NCBI RefSeq assembly: GCF_032062105.1
Contig: NW_026940921.1
Coordinates: 1-64,000 of the forward strand
DNA: 64,000 nucleotides
Reading direction: 5' to 3'
Origin: Saccostrea cucullata
Taxonomy: Eukaryota
The position numbers and the translations under genes were made by a program. Each line of letters begins with the position of its first letter. The stretch's first letter is position 1. Shown piece after piece: positions 14,535 through 26,380 of the stretch. A model generated the notes under the pieces. It was not told the origin of the DNA and searched no databases. It was given only the letters and a program-made list of their open reading frames with translations.

Positions 14535-15487
14535 CTGTGGAATCATTTTTATTCGTGGGGGTCAATGTTCGTGGGTAGCCAAAAGTTTCCTGGTTCGTGG
14601 GGACGTAATTTCGTTGGTAACAAGTTCTATTTCGTTATATTTCTCCAAAGAAAACGTACCGCGACGGCTTGCACAGACAAATTACAGCCGTGATGTCACA
14701 ATAAATTATGATAATTAAGAACACCAGTGGTACACGTCCTGACGGAACATGTTTCTAAATCTCTAAACCAATTCATGCTAATTGGCTAATTAACACGCGA
14801 AGCGGATTATAAAAAAGCGTAAACTGACCCAAACCATATTATACTCGATAATTTGGCCAAGAATTAGAGTCATTCCTTATAATTTAATTTAAAAATAATT
14901 ATTCAACTGGGGATGTAAAATTGTGTTGTTTTTATGAGTTCAAATTTACCGCGCAATAATATAACCGTAGTAACGGAAGTGATGGGAAGCGAGGGGAGGT
15001 AAAAACTGATACATAGATCTAGCAGCCATGATGCTTGTTTACATGAGGTAAGATCGAGTAACTGTTTGAAATTAAAGGTACATTCATTGAATCTGGAATT
15101 TTCCATGAATCCCAAAGACTGGAAATGAGGGGATTGATGGATACAGATGATTCAGCTGGTTGTCAAGGGGGTGTGTCCCCATACCAAACCAGATTATACA
15201 AAATGTTATGCGTTCCTTTTTGGAAATCAACCATTGAGAGGCAAGAATACAAGCAAAATTAAATTATTTAAATTTAATTTGGTTTTGTGTCAATAAGCAC
15301 TTACAGATTGTCTTCTTTGTGCGCGATCACACGGACACAAGGGAAACGGTTATTTTACGATATCAGTTTTAACAAATAATAAAAACATATGTTTGTATAT
15401 ACGTTCGTGGGGATGTAAATTCGTGGGTCAGGGTTACCCACGAAAGCCACGAACATTGGTCCCCCACGAACAATGATGATTCCACAG
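14535..15487. mobile_element. Tc1/mariner-like non-autonomous element (MITE)
   Basis: TA|CTGTGGAATCATTTTTATTCGTGGGGGTCAATGTTCGTGG ... CCACGAACATTGGTCCCCCACGAACAATGATGATTCCACAG|TA: long TIRs and a TA TSD. Confidence 0.8.
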
Positions 15488-16220
15488 TATTTGTGAAGGT
15501 TATACCTTTGCAGACAAATAATTTTGTTATACATTGTTATATATACTCTGAAACTACAGATTTATTTTACAATTAGTATTTTGGGAAATATCGAATTCCT
15601 AGTTTCTTTGATCTTTGTTTGTGCAATATGGGACATGGAGGAAAATTTACAAACTAAATTACAAAGATAGCTTATTAAAAACCTTTCCATATTTAAAGTT
15701 ACATGATAAGAAAAGGCTCTTAAAGCCACCATGTTTGTCGGAGAAAATAATTGATTCTACCAGTTGGTTCCTTAATTTTACATTTGCAAACAAAGGAAAA
15801 GATGCGCTGTGAACATTAACAACATTATTGATAATAAGAGGTCAGTCTTCTTTAACCATATTTTAGTTGAAATAATCCCTCTTCATTTCCCACAGATGTT
15901 TCAAAACTTTTCTTTTAATTTTAAACAAAGTCTGCGGTGCCTGCATTCTCCGTCTCCATAGTCCTCTTCCATTTTCCTATAGTGTTCCGCTGGACACTTT
16001 AGGTCTAAATGTAAAGCTCTTTATTGGTATATGGTGGCGTTGAGGCATGCGTAATTATATCTGTATAATATATATGATTTTCTTTATTTAGCAATTAGTC
16101 TTGTTATACGGATTCAAAAATGCTGGTATTTATGTAGTACACAGTGGGATTATGCGCATGCACATAAGGTACTCTATACCGATTAAGAACATCAAATATA
16201 GGCCATTGATCACATGATTT

Positions 16221-17303
16221 TTAGCTCACCTCGACGAAGTCGAGATGAGCTTATGCTATACCCCCGGCGTCGGCGTTAGCGTCGGCGTCCCAGATTAAAG
16301 TTTTAGGAGCAAGTCCATTCCCTAGTAACTATAAGCCCTACCTGAACCAAACTTGCATGAATGACGCATCTAGGGATGTACACTACCAGACTTGCTTCGG
16401 ATGCTTTCTAAATGAGTGAACAGGTTTAAAGTTTTTTGGAGCAGGTCCATTCCCAAGGAATTATAAGCCCTAACAAATTTGCATGGATGATGCATCTAGG
16501 AATGTACACTACCAGACTTGCTTCAGACTTGCTTTAGATCTGACCTACATTTTCTAGATGAGTGACCAGGTTAAAGTTTTTGGAGCAGTCCATTCCCAAG
16601 AAATTATAATCCCTACCCGGACCAAACTTGAATGGATGATGCATCTAGGGATGTACACTACCAGACTTGCTTCTGATGCTGGATCTGACCTACATTTTCT
16701 ATATGAGTGACCAGGTTAAAATTTTGGAGCAGGTTAAAGTTTTTGGAGCAGGTCCATTCCTAAGAAATTATAAGCCCTACCCGGACCAAACTTGCATGGA
16801 TGATGCATCTAGGAATGTACACTACCAGACTTGCTTCGGATGCTGGATCTGACCTATATTTTCTTTCCCAAGTATCTATAAACCCTTTTTTGACCAAACT
16901 TGCATGGATGATGCATTTAGGGATGGACACTACCAGACTTGCTTCGGATGCTGGATCTGACCTACATTTTCATTCCCAAGTGACTATAAGCCCTACCTGA
17001 ACCAAACTTGCATGGATGATGTATCTAGGGATGGACACTACCGAACTTGCTTCGGATGCTGGATCTGACCTACATTTTCATTCCCAAGTGACTATAAGCC
17101 CTACCTGAACCAAACTTGCATGGATGATGTATCTAGGGATGGACACTACCGAACTTGCCTCGGATGCTGGATCTGACCTATATTTTCCATACAAGAAACA
17201 AGTTTAAAGTTTTGAGAACAGATCAATCCGAGTAAACTTGAAGTTCTTGATATATGCAGTATTAACAGTTATGAATATTTGTTTACACCATACATGTTTT
17301 AAT

Positions 17304-17342
<39 letters not shown>

Positions 17343-18070
17343 CATTTTCTCCGTCGTCCGTCCGTCCATCCGTCTAGCTGTCTGTCCGTCTTTCTTTCCG
17401 TCTGTAAACTTTTCACATTTTCGACTTCTTCCAAGAACCACTGGGCCAATTTTGACTAAACTTGGTACAAAGCATCATTGGGTAAAGGGGAATTTAAATT
17501 GTTAAAATAAAGGGCCAACTCCCCTCACAAGGGCAGATCATCAAGAAAATACAAAAATATAGGATGGGGTCATTAAAAAATCTTCTCAAGAACCACTGGT
17601 CCAGAAAAGCTTAAAACTTATGTGGAAGCATCATGGGATAGTGTAAATTCTAAATTATTCAAATCATGACCCCCGGGGATAGGGCGGGGCCACAATGGGG
17701 AATCAAAGTTTTACATAGAAATATATAGGAAAAATCTTTGAAAGTCTCCTTCTCAAGAACCACTGGTTCAGAAAAGCTGAAACTTATGTGGAAGCATCCT
17801 AGGGTAGTTTAGATTCTAAATTGTTCAAATCATGACCCCCGGGGGTAGGGCGGGGCCACAATGGGGAATCAAAATTTTACATAGAAATATATAGGAAAAA
17901 TCTTTGAAAATCTTCTTCTCAAGAATCACTGGTTCAGAAAAGCTGAAACTAGCATCCTAGGGTAGTGTAGATTTCAAAATGTTAAAATTATGATCAGTGG
18001 GGTTGGGTAAGGTCGCAATATGTATTAAAAGGGGGAAATCTGGTAAAGAACAGAATGGTCAAAGCTTCTC

Positions 18071-18102
<32 letters not shown>

Positions 18103-18283
18103 TTTTTTTTCACGCTACCCGCGTAGAAATGTGTATATGCCATGAAAGGGATTAAACACAACTTGCAAGAATATTGTTGTTGGAATGAATACTAAATATT
18201 AAGAAAATATGATGTGAGATTTGCATTACTCAAACTGATAACATTGGTCGAGGTGAGCTTCGTAATCTTTGATTACCTATGTT
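16221..18283 (+). mobile_element. Helentron/HINE-like element with internal tandem repeats, containing a nested second HINE
   Basis: 5' box TTAGCTCACCTCGACGAAGTCGAGATGAGC; ~113-140-bp repeats at 16300-17190; 3' box GTCGAGGTGAGCTTCGTAATCTTTGATTAC. Confidence 0.7.
17301..18101 (+). mobile_element. Nested HINE (CTCACCTGAGCCGAAGGCTCAAGTGAGC family) with ~168-bp satellite-like units
   Basis: Conserved 5' box and (CCGT/CTGT)n run, ~168-bp tandem units, and 3' CAGGTGAGCGATGTGGCCCATGGGC followed by a T-run. Confidence 0.75.
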
Positions 18284-18289
18284 TTATCG

Positions 18290-18476
18290 TGCCAACGCTT
18301 ATTATGACACATGACCCTTGTTTTAATTAGATCTCATCCGAAAGACCCGTGACTTTCACATCTCATGCTGCGGATGCTTAGCGAAGGAACACTCATTAAC
18401 TATGTTTTGTTATTAAGTACGGCTAAGGGGAATCGAACCTGGTTCTATCTATTTACGCTCTACCGCTAGGCCACCA
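18290..18476 (-). mobile_element. tRNA-derived SINE 5' portion
   Basis: Minus strand has GGTGGCCTAGCGGTAGAGCG (A box) and GGTTCGATTCCC (B box), followed by a SINE body similar to 12888-13176. Confidence 0.6.
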
Positions 18477-18629
18477 TGACTTCTAAAAACAAGCTTGACT
18501 GTATCAAATTCAAACAATTATGATAGAAACCAAATAAGGGAATATATTTCGGGAAACTTGTCTAATCCAGTTTTTGTGTAATCCGAAATGTTGCTTAATA
18601 CGTTGTTAACTATAAGACCATTTCAGTGA

Positions 18630-21613
18630 ATTTATTTATTTATTTTTTTTTTATTTATTATTTTTTTTTTGTATACAAATTTTATTTCACAGACCTATGT
18701 TATAACACAAGAATTCCCTACTCAAATATTTATGGCAGTTGCCAGGGATGGGGCCCTGACTAAACTCCATCTAAATAAAATTACAAAAAATACTAGTGAT
18801 TCTATATCACCTCGCAGGATGATTATTGATATTGTAAGACGAATAGCGTACATAAGTAATAATAGTTACATTGTTTTTTATAAACAAATAATGTTTATAA
18901 TAGAATGTTTTTTATATATCTAAAATATAAGTAATTGTAGCGTACATAAGTAATAATAGTTACATTGTTTTTTATAAACAAATAATGTTTATAATAGAAT
19001 GTTTTTTACATATCTAAAATTTATAATTTGAAATTGAAATTATTTGAGTAATTGAAAACATAATTATATTAATTTTACAATCAATATATAAGAGGAGTAT
19101 ATGAATACACATTCCCATTGTTGTCTAAAGGGGAGATCACATACACTCGCTCAGTCCTTGGGTTCCCCTTCAGCAGCACTACTAGAGGGACTGAAACCGC
19201 TAGTAGCGGGACTTATTTAACTTATAAAACTAAATTCTAAATGTATTATTGATATACATATATGTATTTTCATACAAATACAATTTACAGTAATTTTGTA
19301 AACTTATCAATAATATCAACATTAAGTGAATAATTACAACATTTTATTACTTTGCACCAAAAAACTGTGGATTTTTTTATATTATGTAAAATATTATATT
19401 CAGTTTCATCGAGATTTTCCATTCTACAGAACATTTGTATTTATATATCTTTAATGCAATAAAGGAAATAAAATTATTCAAAAAATATGTTTTCTTATTA
19501 CATTCTAAGTAAAAACCAATAATAATGTCTTCCCATTGAATTTTAATTTTCAACACAGTGGAAGCTATATCCCAGATATATTTAACATTTCTACATTCAA
19601 ATATAAGATGTTGCATGTCTTCTACAACAGAACAGATAGAACACTTATCTGAGGTTTCTTTTTTCCATTTTACCATATATTTTTTACAACAAAGTAAATT
19701 GTGTAGTAATTTGTAATTGAATTCTGCAATGTTTTTATCTACAGCTACTTTAATCTTTTGCTGATAAATAGATTTCCACATTTCTTGATTAACATTGAAT
19801 GTTTCTCCAAGTAAACGCTGATGTTTTGGCGGAGAAAATTTCTTACTTAAAAGGACATTATAAAAAAAAAATGACACTTCTTACTTTCAATCTTACAATA
19901 GTTTCCATGAAAATTAAAATACCTTTTGTTCTTTATATTAATGAATTTATGTTGGTGTTATCCATTTTTTCTCTAATATATTTAAAAACAGAGTAGATTA
20001 TTTTATATTCACACAATATATTTGACTTTTTTTGAATTTCTTCTCCTATATTTTCGATAGTTTTAAAACCAGCATCTGAAAAGAGGTCTTTTACATATTT
20101 TATATTTTTAACCCAGTGTTTAAAGAATATCGTTTTCCCCTTAAATAAAGAGTCTATTATTCCATAATGGTTCTTGTAGAATTTCGTTTATATTCATCCT
20201 TTTTAAGTCAGGAATTTTTTACATTGATTAAAATAAATAAAAATTTCTTTATAAAACAATGGTGATCTTTTAAATGGGTCAAAGTCGTTTAGATCACTGC
20301 TGTTGGTTTTTAATATATATTCATTTTACATTATATGTCTCTAATAAATTCTCAAGGTGAGAGTGCAAAGAGTTGTGATCAGCATTATTTATAAGGCGTG
20401 GTATCCAAACAGCTTTTAATGCTTGGAACTTAGTAAGTACGTCAACTACCCCAATCCCCCCTTCTTCTATTTTGCCAATTAATGTATTCCGTTTAATCCT
20501 GTCTCTGGAGTCCCAAAGGAAGTTGAAAATTAATTAATTTTTTTTTTATTCGTTTTCTTGTGGAATAGGTAAAATAGACGCAACATAGATAAATTCACTA
20601 ATACCTAAGCTGTTTATTATTTCAGTCTTGCCAAAAATTGTGAGTTTTCTTTTTTTCCAGGATTCAAAGAGTTTTTGCATATTTTCGCATTTATCAACCC
20701 AATTTTTTCTATAGCATTCATCTTTATTTACACCTATGTATATGCCCAAACATTTAAGAGATGAAGTATTTACTTTTATACCTTCTATTTTTTCTCCGAC
20801 ACGACTCAATGCTCCTGTCAAGATGCATTCAGTTTTATCTATATTCAACTTGGATCCGCCATCGCCTTTCTAATATAAAAGAGAGATAACTGCTACTCTC
20901 TGTGAAAAACTCATTTGTTCATTTTCAAAAATATTTTTCAATGCTTCGTAAAACAGAAGTTGTATATCATTCCAAAAACGTTGATAAAATTCGTCTGTGA
21001 GACCATCTAAACCGGGCGATTTGTTAGGTTTTAGATTAAACACTGCTTCAGAACATTCTTCTGCAGAAGGAAATTGTTCACAGAAATTAGCATCGCTTTC
21101 GCTTAGTGTATTTTCCAGTTCAATTGAAGATAGATAATTGTCTATGCCATCGTCAGATATATTATTTGAAGCGTATAGATTTTCATAAAATTCACACATA
21201 TCACCTAAAATGTCATCTGTAGTCTCTATATTATTGTTATTTATCTTTAATTCTTTTATGACATTTTGTTTTTTTCTGCTTTTTTCTAAATTAAAAGAAT
21301 ATTTTGAACATTTTTCACCCTCTAATATCCATTTTGATCGTGATCTTACAAAGGCACCTTTACACTTTTTGTCATTAAGCTCATCTAATTCTCTTTCTAT
21401 TTTGCGTTTTTTATTCATGTCAATATTTTGAAAATCTGATTCTTCTATTTTATCTAATTCCTTTTCTAAAAAGTTGATTTTTTGCTTAATATTTTGACTT
21501 GATTTTTTTGCGAATCTAATAGAAAAATCTCTTGCTTTAATTTTGAAAGATTCCCACCTATCTATCGGGTTTACCTGTTGTTTTTGTAGCTCACTTATTA
21601 TATTTTTAATTCC

Positions 21614-21660
<47 letters not shown>

Positions 21661-21752
21661 CATTTGTCCGTTGTCTGTCGTTGTTGTCGTTGTCGTTGTA
21701 GTTGTCGTCGTTGGCGTCGGCATAAACTTTTCACATTTTAATCTTCTCCTTG

Positions 21753-21789
<37 letters not shown>

Positions 21790-21799
21790 AGTATCCTTA

Positions 21800-21833
<34 letters not shown>

Positions 21834-21927
21834 TCACACCCTCTTTCAAGGGGAGATAATTATGAATTAGTGAAAAATTCGGGTTTACCTGTTGTTCTTG
21901 TAGCTCACTTATTATATTTTTAATTCC

Positions 21928-21974
<47 letters not shown>

Positions 21975-22066
21975 CATTTGTCCGTTGTCTGTCGTTGTTG
22001 TCGTTGTCCTTGTAGTTGTCGTCGTTGGCGTCGGCATAAACTTTTCACATTTTAATCTTCTCCTTG

Positions 22067-22103
<37 letters not shown>

Positions 22104-22113
22104 AGTATCCTTA

Positions 22114-22147
<34 letters not shown>

Positions 22148-22880
22148 TCACACCCTCTTTCAAGGGGAGATAATTATGAATTAGTGAAAAATTAATGTCA
22201 TCTTTTAAAAATCTTCTTCTCCAGAACCAATGGGCCAGGAAAAATGAAAGTCATGTGGAATCATCCTCAGGTAGTGTAGATTCAAGTTTGTTCAAATCAT
22301 GACCCCCAGGGCAAGGGTGGGGCCAAAATGGCCGACCCAAGTTTTACATAGGGATATATAGGGAAACCTTTTAAAATCTTCTTTTCAAGTACTTCAAAGC
22401 TATGATTAGTGATATTTACTGTAGATCACTAAATTTTTGCGACACCTTATTTTCGCGAGATAATAATTGACTCTTGATTAGCGAGACAAAATTTTCGCGA
22501 ATTGTGGTAATTTCTCTATATAATCTTTAGAAATACTATTGTACGCGAGAATTAAATTTTCGCGAGCACACTGTCTCACGTAATTACGCGAAAATAAAGG
22601 AAGTATATGGAATCATCCTCAGGTAGTGTAGATTCTAGTTTGTTCAAATGATGAACGCCTGGAGGGGGGGGGGTAAATTCAAGCCTGATGTGCTCAGGTG
22701 AGCGCTGTGGCCCCTGGGCCTCTTGTTTATATTCTACATCAGTTAAATGGGAATTGTTTAATTTCCAGTACCCACTCCCTTGTGTTTTCTCATCTTATTT
22801 AAATGATATTTTTAAAACCCTATGATTGGACATTCTTTTTCCGTTTATTTGTTATCTTTTCTGTAAAATTTTCTTCTCTT
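18630..22880 (-). mobile_element. 5'-truncated, decayed L1/Tx1-clade non-LTR retrotransposon (ORF2 pseudogene), interrupted by a HINE
   Basis: Minus-strand ORF2 pieces: post-endonuclease GSGYWKLNNS (~22760-22790), RSRSKWILEGEKCSKY, NKSPGLDGLTDEFY, RKLTIFGKTEIINSL, and the C-terminal zinc finger CSICSVVEDMQHLIFEC. An A-rich tail lies at ~18630-18670. Many stops and frameshifts. Confidence 0.9.
21618..22727 (+). mobile_element. HINE inserted in a T-run of the L1/Tx1 ORF2, with duplicated 5' end and a truncated mariner-like MITE (~22418-22600)
   Basis: TTAGCTCACCTGAGCCGAAGGCTCAAGTGAGC occurs at 21618 and 21932. The 3' box is CAGGTGAGCGCTGTGGCCCCTGGGCCTCTTGTT. The L1 reading frame resumes on both sides. 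Confidence 0.85.
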
Positions 22881-23011
22881 TGAAACCATTTGTAACCAGA
22901 TTAGACAAGTTTTATATATGTCGTTAAAGTGCACGTAAAACGTCCACGCAATATTTTTTTCAGATTTAATTCTTAAAACAAATAACTTATAACAAATTTG
23001 ATCACTGTGGA

Positions 23012-23355
23012 TTAGTTTTCACTTCCATTGGTAGTTCCATTTAGAGAGCGTTTACCGTGATGTGCACACTCACATGAGTTATACATGCTGTCGCTGGGGG
23101 TGTTATATCCATTACATGAAACAATCTCCCACGTCACTTCCGGGTTGTTCCAACCTAAATTTGAAATTTGATTGGCGCCATTTTCCAAGTCGAAATGGGC
23201 CACATATCCGTAGTCGTTGTGTCCGTTACCATAGGGACCAGTTCCCTGGTTACACCAGTTCTGGTTGGGGTAAACATTGGGACACAGGTTGGTTACCATG
23301 AAAACCTGAGATTGCCCTGAAGGACCTGGTCCTCCCTGGCCGGGCACCCAGCCCC
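23012..23355 (-). CDS. GH45 endo-beta-1,4-glucanase (molluscan cellulase), exon 3
   Basis: Acceptor ttttatttttaaag|GG. Translation GGWVPGQGG...VFMVTNLCPNVYPNQNWCNQ...HFDLENG...WNNPEVTW...CECAHHGKR closely follows Mytilus-type Cel45A, including the catalytic HxD Asp. Confidence 0.96.
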
Positions 23356-23740
23356 CTTTAAAAATAAAATACACCCCATTATTCAGAGATAGTTCCGCCT
23401 CCATAGATTCTCTTTAAATACAAGTGGAGGTATTCTACATTTTAACAGAACTAACTGCTTTTATTTTGATGCCAGGTGTTAAAGTCCACAAATGCACACG
23501 AAAAAAATGAAAACAGATTAAATTAAACGAAAAAAGTTTAAGATGGTAATTTAGATTATTAACTGATTTAATTATGGTGCAGTTTTCAACCACCCTTATG
23601 ATAGATGCATTTGGCGCATTTACTTGTGTTTGTCCTTTTAACCTATGTACCTGTGATTTCAGTTTTGAATTTGAATTACCATATGGATGTCAAACTTGTG
23701 GTTGTCAGTTTACCCCAGGTTTGCGATTTGAAGCAATATG

Positions 23741-23929
23741 TTGAGTTTGTCATTTTGACGCATTTACCTGTGTTTGTCATTTTGATGCATTTACCTGTGT
23801 TTGCTATTTTGACGCATTTATCTGTGTTTGTCTTTTTGATGCATTAACCTGTGTTTGTCTTTTTGACGCATTAACCTGTGTTTGCCATTTTGACGCATTT
23901 ACCTGTGGTTGTAAGTTTTACACATTTTC
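23741..23929 (-). repeat. 27-bp tandem repeat derived from the 3' end of GH45 exon 2
   Basis: Six intronic units, consensus GTAAATGCGTCAAAATGACAAACACAG, directly follow the exonic GAAAATGTGTAAAACTTACAACCACAG. Confidence 0.92.
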
Positions 23930-24151
23930 CACATCTCTGACCACACCATCCGCCGTATCCTTCATCAAAGAACATCTGGTTAGGGGCGGTGACGAAGTGG
24001 TCATGGTTCCAGCCAAACTGGCTGTCTCCGTGGCCGCACCCACACGCCCCCTTGTGGTAGTCAGCGTAGCGCGTTGTGGAGGCACACCGCTTCCCATTGT
24101 ACATTCTGGGAGAACCCTGACATTTCTGGTCACAGCTCACATATGCCAACC
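23903..24151 (-). CDS. GH45 endo-beta-1,4-glucanase, exon 2
   Basis: cag|GG...ACAG|gtaaat; 249 nt, phase 1-1. Encodes DQKCQGSPRMYNGKRCASTTRYADYHKGACGCG...WCGQRCGKCVKLTTTG. Confidence 0.96.
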
Positions 24152-24711
24152 CTGAATGATTGAGAAAGTCATTGTATATGATAAGTCAAAAAATATTATG
24201 AGATCTTTTGAAAAAAATTGATGAAAGGGATCAAAATTGTTATAATTATTTTAAAAAAAATGTCATTTGAACCGATCAATTTCTGTTACATCAAAATATT
24301 TCAAGTACAATTTAAGGGAAATGAATCACCATATGCTAGTAGCTGGTTGCAACCAGCTTGTTTATAAAAGACACACGAATTGGTGCTCCTTCAAACAATA
24401 TGACATATCTAAAGTAAGTAAGATAACCTGTATATAAGTATCGTTTTTACATGTTGTATATTGAATGTGAAAGTCTATTCTACATTTTACCCTAATATTT
24501 AAGATTTATGTATATATTTATTTATTCTAGCATAGCTTTCGATCTTAAGTTAAAAGTACGTGAATATGAATGATTAGATCAAAAAGCGACAAATAAAAAA
24601 AAGAGACAAATAAATGGATTGAAACAAAAAAAAAGAAAGAAGAAAATATACAACTGTGATGAAATAGAGTTAAATAAGTAGTTACATGAAATTAAGTAAA
24701 ATTTTCATTAG

Positions 24712-26178
24712 TTTTTTGGGAGTTGAACTATGTTCAATCTCCCATGGTTATCACGTATTTTAAAACATGCGCAGTAATTTGTGTTGATTATATAGAGCCG
24801 AAAGCGAGGCTACTGTGTCGGCTGATTTACTCCGATGATTCTCAACAGAAAACATGCATAAACATCCGCCACAAATAGTTCATGTCATTTTCTCCTGAAT
24901 TGATCTAATTTTCATAATTTGAAATGTAAGTGAATGTAATAATGATAAAGTAATCTTATTCTGAATATTAGATTTCGTTCAAAGTAAAACTAAATTATAA
25001 AGAACCTCAAAAGTTTTTCGTTATGGAACTCATTTTTTGTGTGGCGTCATACACTGAAAAAGATAAGATCGACAACTCTACATACTAACGGCAAGCGGTA
25101 AATCTAGTCGTCCCGACGCCCGACGGTGCAGGATTTTTAGCAATTTCTTTTTTACCCGTGCACAAAATTTATTCAAACTTTTCATGAACATTTTCTTGGT
25201 TTAAATGAATTCATTAATGCATAAAAACTTTAGGAAACATGCGTATTTATTACTAAATCAGCAGTATACCTGCCAAAAGCGGTAAATCTAGTACTCTGTT
25301 ATAAATGTTAAAACCAAACGGACACTGATGTTTTCGTAAAATCATTTCGTAAAAACAACAAAATGATTTTTTTTTAAAGGAAAACCACATTTACATACCA
25401 GATAACTCGTACGCGCACAAACTCTCACATATACCACTGTTTTTGTGTTTGATCATTAAATATTTGTTTTAAACTTGGTATTGCTTTTTTCTTCACAATA
25501 TTAAAAAAGATAAAGTTCTGACGTACTTCATGTATAAAGTTCGTGTAATTGAAATACATTTATATTCACAGAGAAGTTTTACATAACAAACCTGTTAGCT
25601 CTTAAAAGGATGCTGTGTTAAAATCCATATTTTATCAACATTGACACTATTCCTGCGAAACTGAAATTTTCATATCTTACAAATTTGAAGACTGTGAGCA
25701 GTGAATTATATAAATGATCAACCGCCTCTAATATGAATATAATGCCAATGTCCATGTTTTGCAATGGGAAACCCAAAATATGTGTAGGATGGAAAGTAAT
25801 AGAAGGTGCACAACGGCAATATGTAATAAAGATTCTATGAAAATTTCTTTCAGTGGTGTAAGAGGAGTTGCTGATAAGAGATGGGTACACCTAAAGCGTT
25901 ATAAACAGATAGACGGAAATCCAGATTAATAAATACCCTCCCGCTTTTCAAGCAGGGGGTATAAAAAAGGACTAATGTAGGCAGGCAACAATATGGCCCC
26001 TGCATTTTTTTGCTATTCAATGTCTCTGAATGTCTTTCTCAAGATTTTTGCAATTCAAAAAATCTGAAACAGTTGTCTGTATTTGAAATAATAATATTGT
26101 TCACTCACTTAACCTCCCGATCAAAGATTTTATTTAACACCACGTTCAACTCCCATGAGTGCTTTCAGTACTTTGATT
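24712..26178 (+). mobile_element. HINE-like element in GH45 intron 1 (GGGAGTTGAAC subTIR family)
   Basis: 5' hairpin GGGAGTTGAACTATGTTCAATCTCCC; 3' GTTCAACTCCCATGAGTGCTTTCAGTACT. The same 3' end occurs inverted at 51906-51980. Confidence 0.55.
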
Positions 26179-26285
26179 ATGTAATTAGCGGTGATATTAA
26201 CCAAAAATAATTTTAAAAAAAACTGCCATGGGAATTGATCTTTAAAATAATAATTGCAAATTAATATTTCTCTTATTAGACTCAC

Positions 26286-26316
26286 CAAATATTAAAAGGC
26301 AGATCAAAGCTCTCAT
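26286..26316 (-). CDS. GH45 endo-beta-1,4-glucanase, exon 1 (signal peptide MRALICLLIF)
   Basis: ATG AGA GCT TTG ATC TGC CTT TTA ATA TTT G|gtgagt. Phase 1 matches exon 2, giving a 17-aa signal peptide MRALICLLIFGLAYVSC. Total CDS is 624 nt (207 aa). Confidence 0.88.
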
Positions 26317-26372
26317 GATGGAAGATAGCGTCGATCAGAATTAAGTAATAGATAATATTTCCTCTAGTGTTC

Positions 26373-26380
26373 CTTATATA
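26373..26380 (-). promoter_or_regulatory. TATA box of the GH45 gene
   Basis: TATATAAG on the minus strand ~57 bp upstream of the ATG. Confidence 0.7.

Noticed and set aside
18420-18476. tRNA gene
   Set aside because: A and B boxes are present, but there is no full cloverleaf and it continues into a SINE body.
21622-22163. Twin 75-aa Thr-rich ORFs
   Set aside because: They are antisense translations of the HINE 5' box and its (GTT/GTC)n microsatellite.
23741-23902. De novo intron gain by tandem duplication as the definite origin of GH45 intron 2
   Set aside because: It cannot be established from this window. The acceptor side shows no repeat, and the intron may be ancestral in bivalve GH45 genes. 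I report it only as donor duplication or turnover.
23012-26316. GH45 as microbial contamination or recent horizontal transfer
   Set aside because: It has spliceosomal introns containing host repeats, a TATA box and close similarity to known endogenous molluscan GH45 enzymes.
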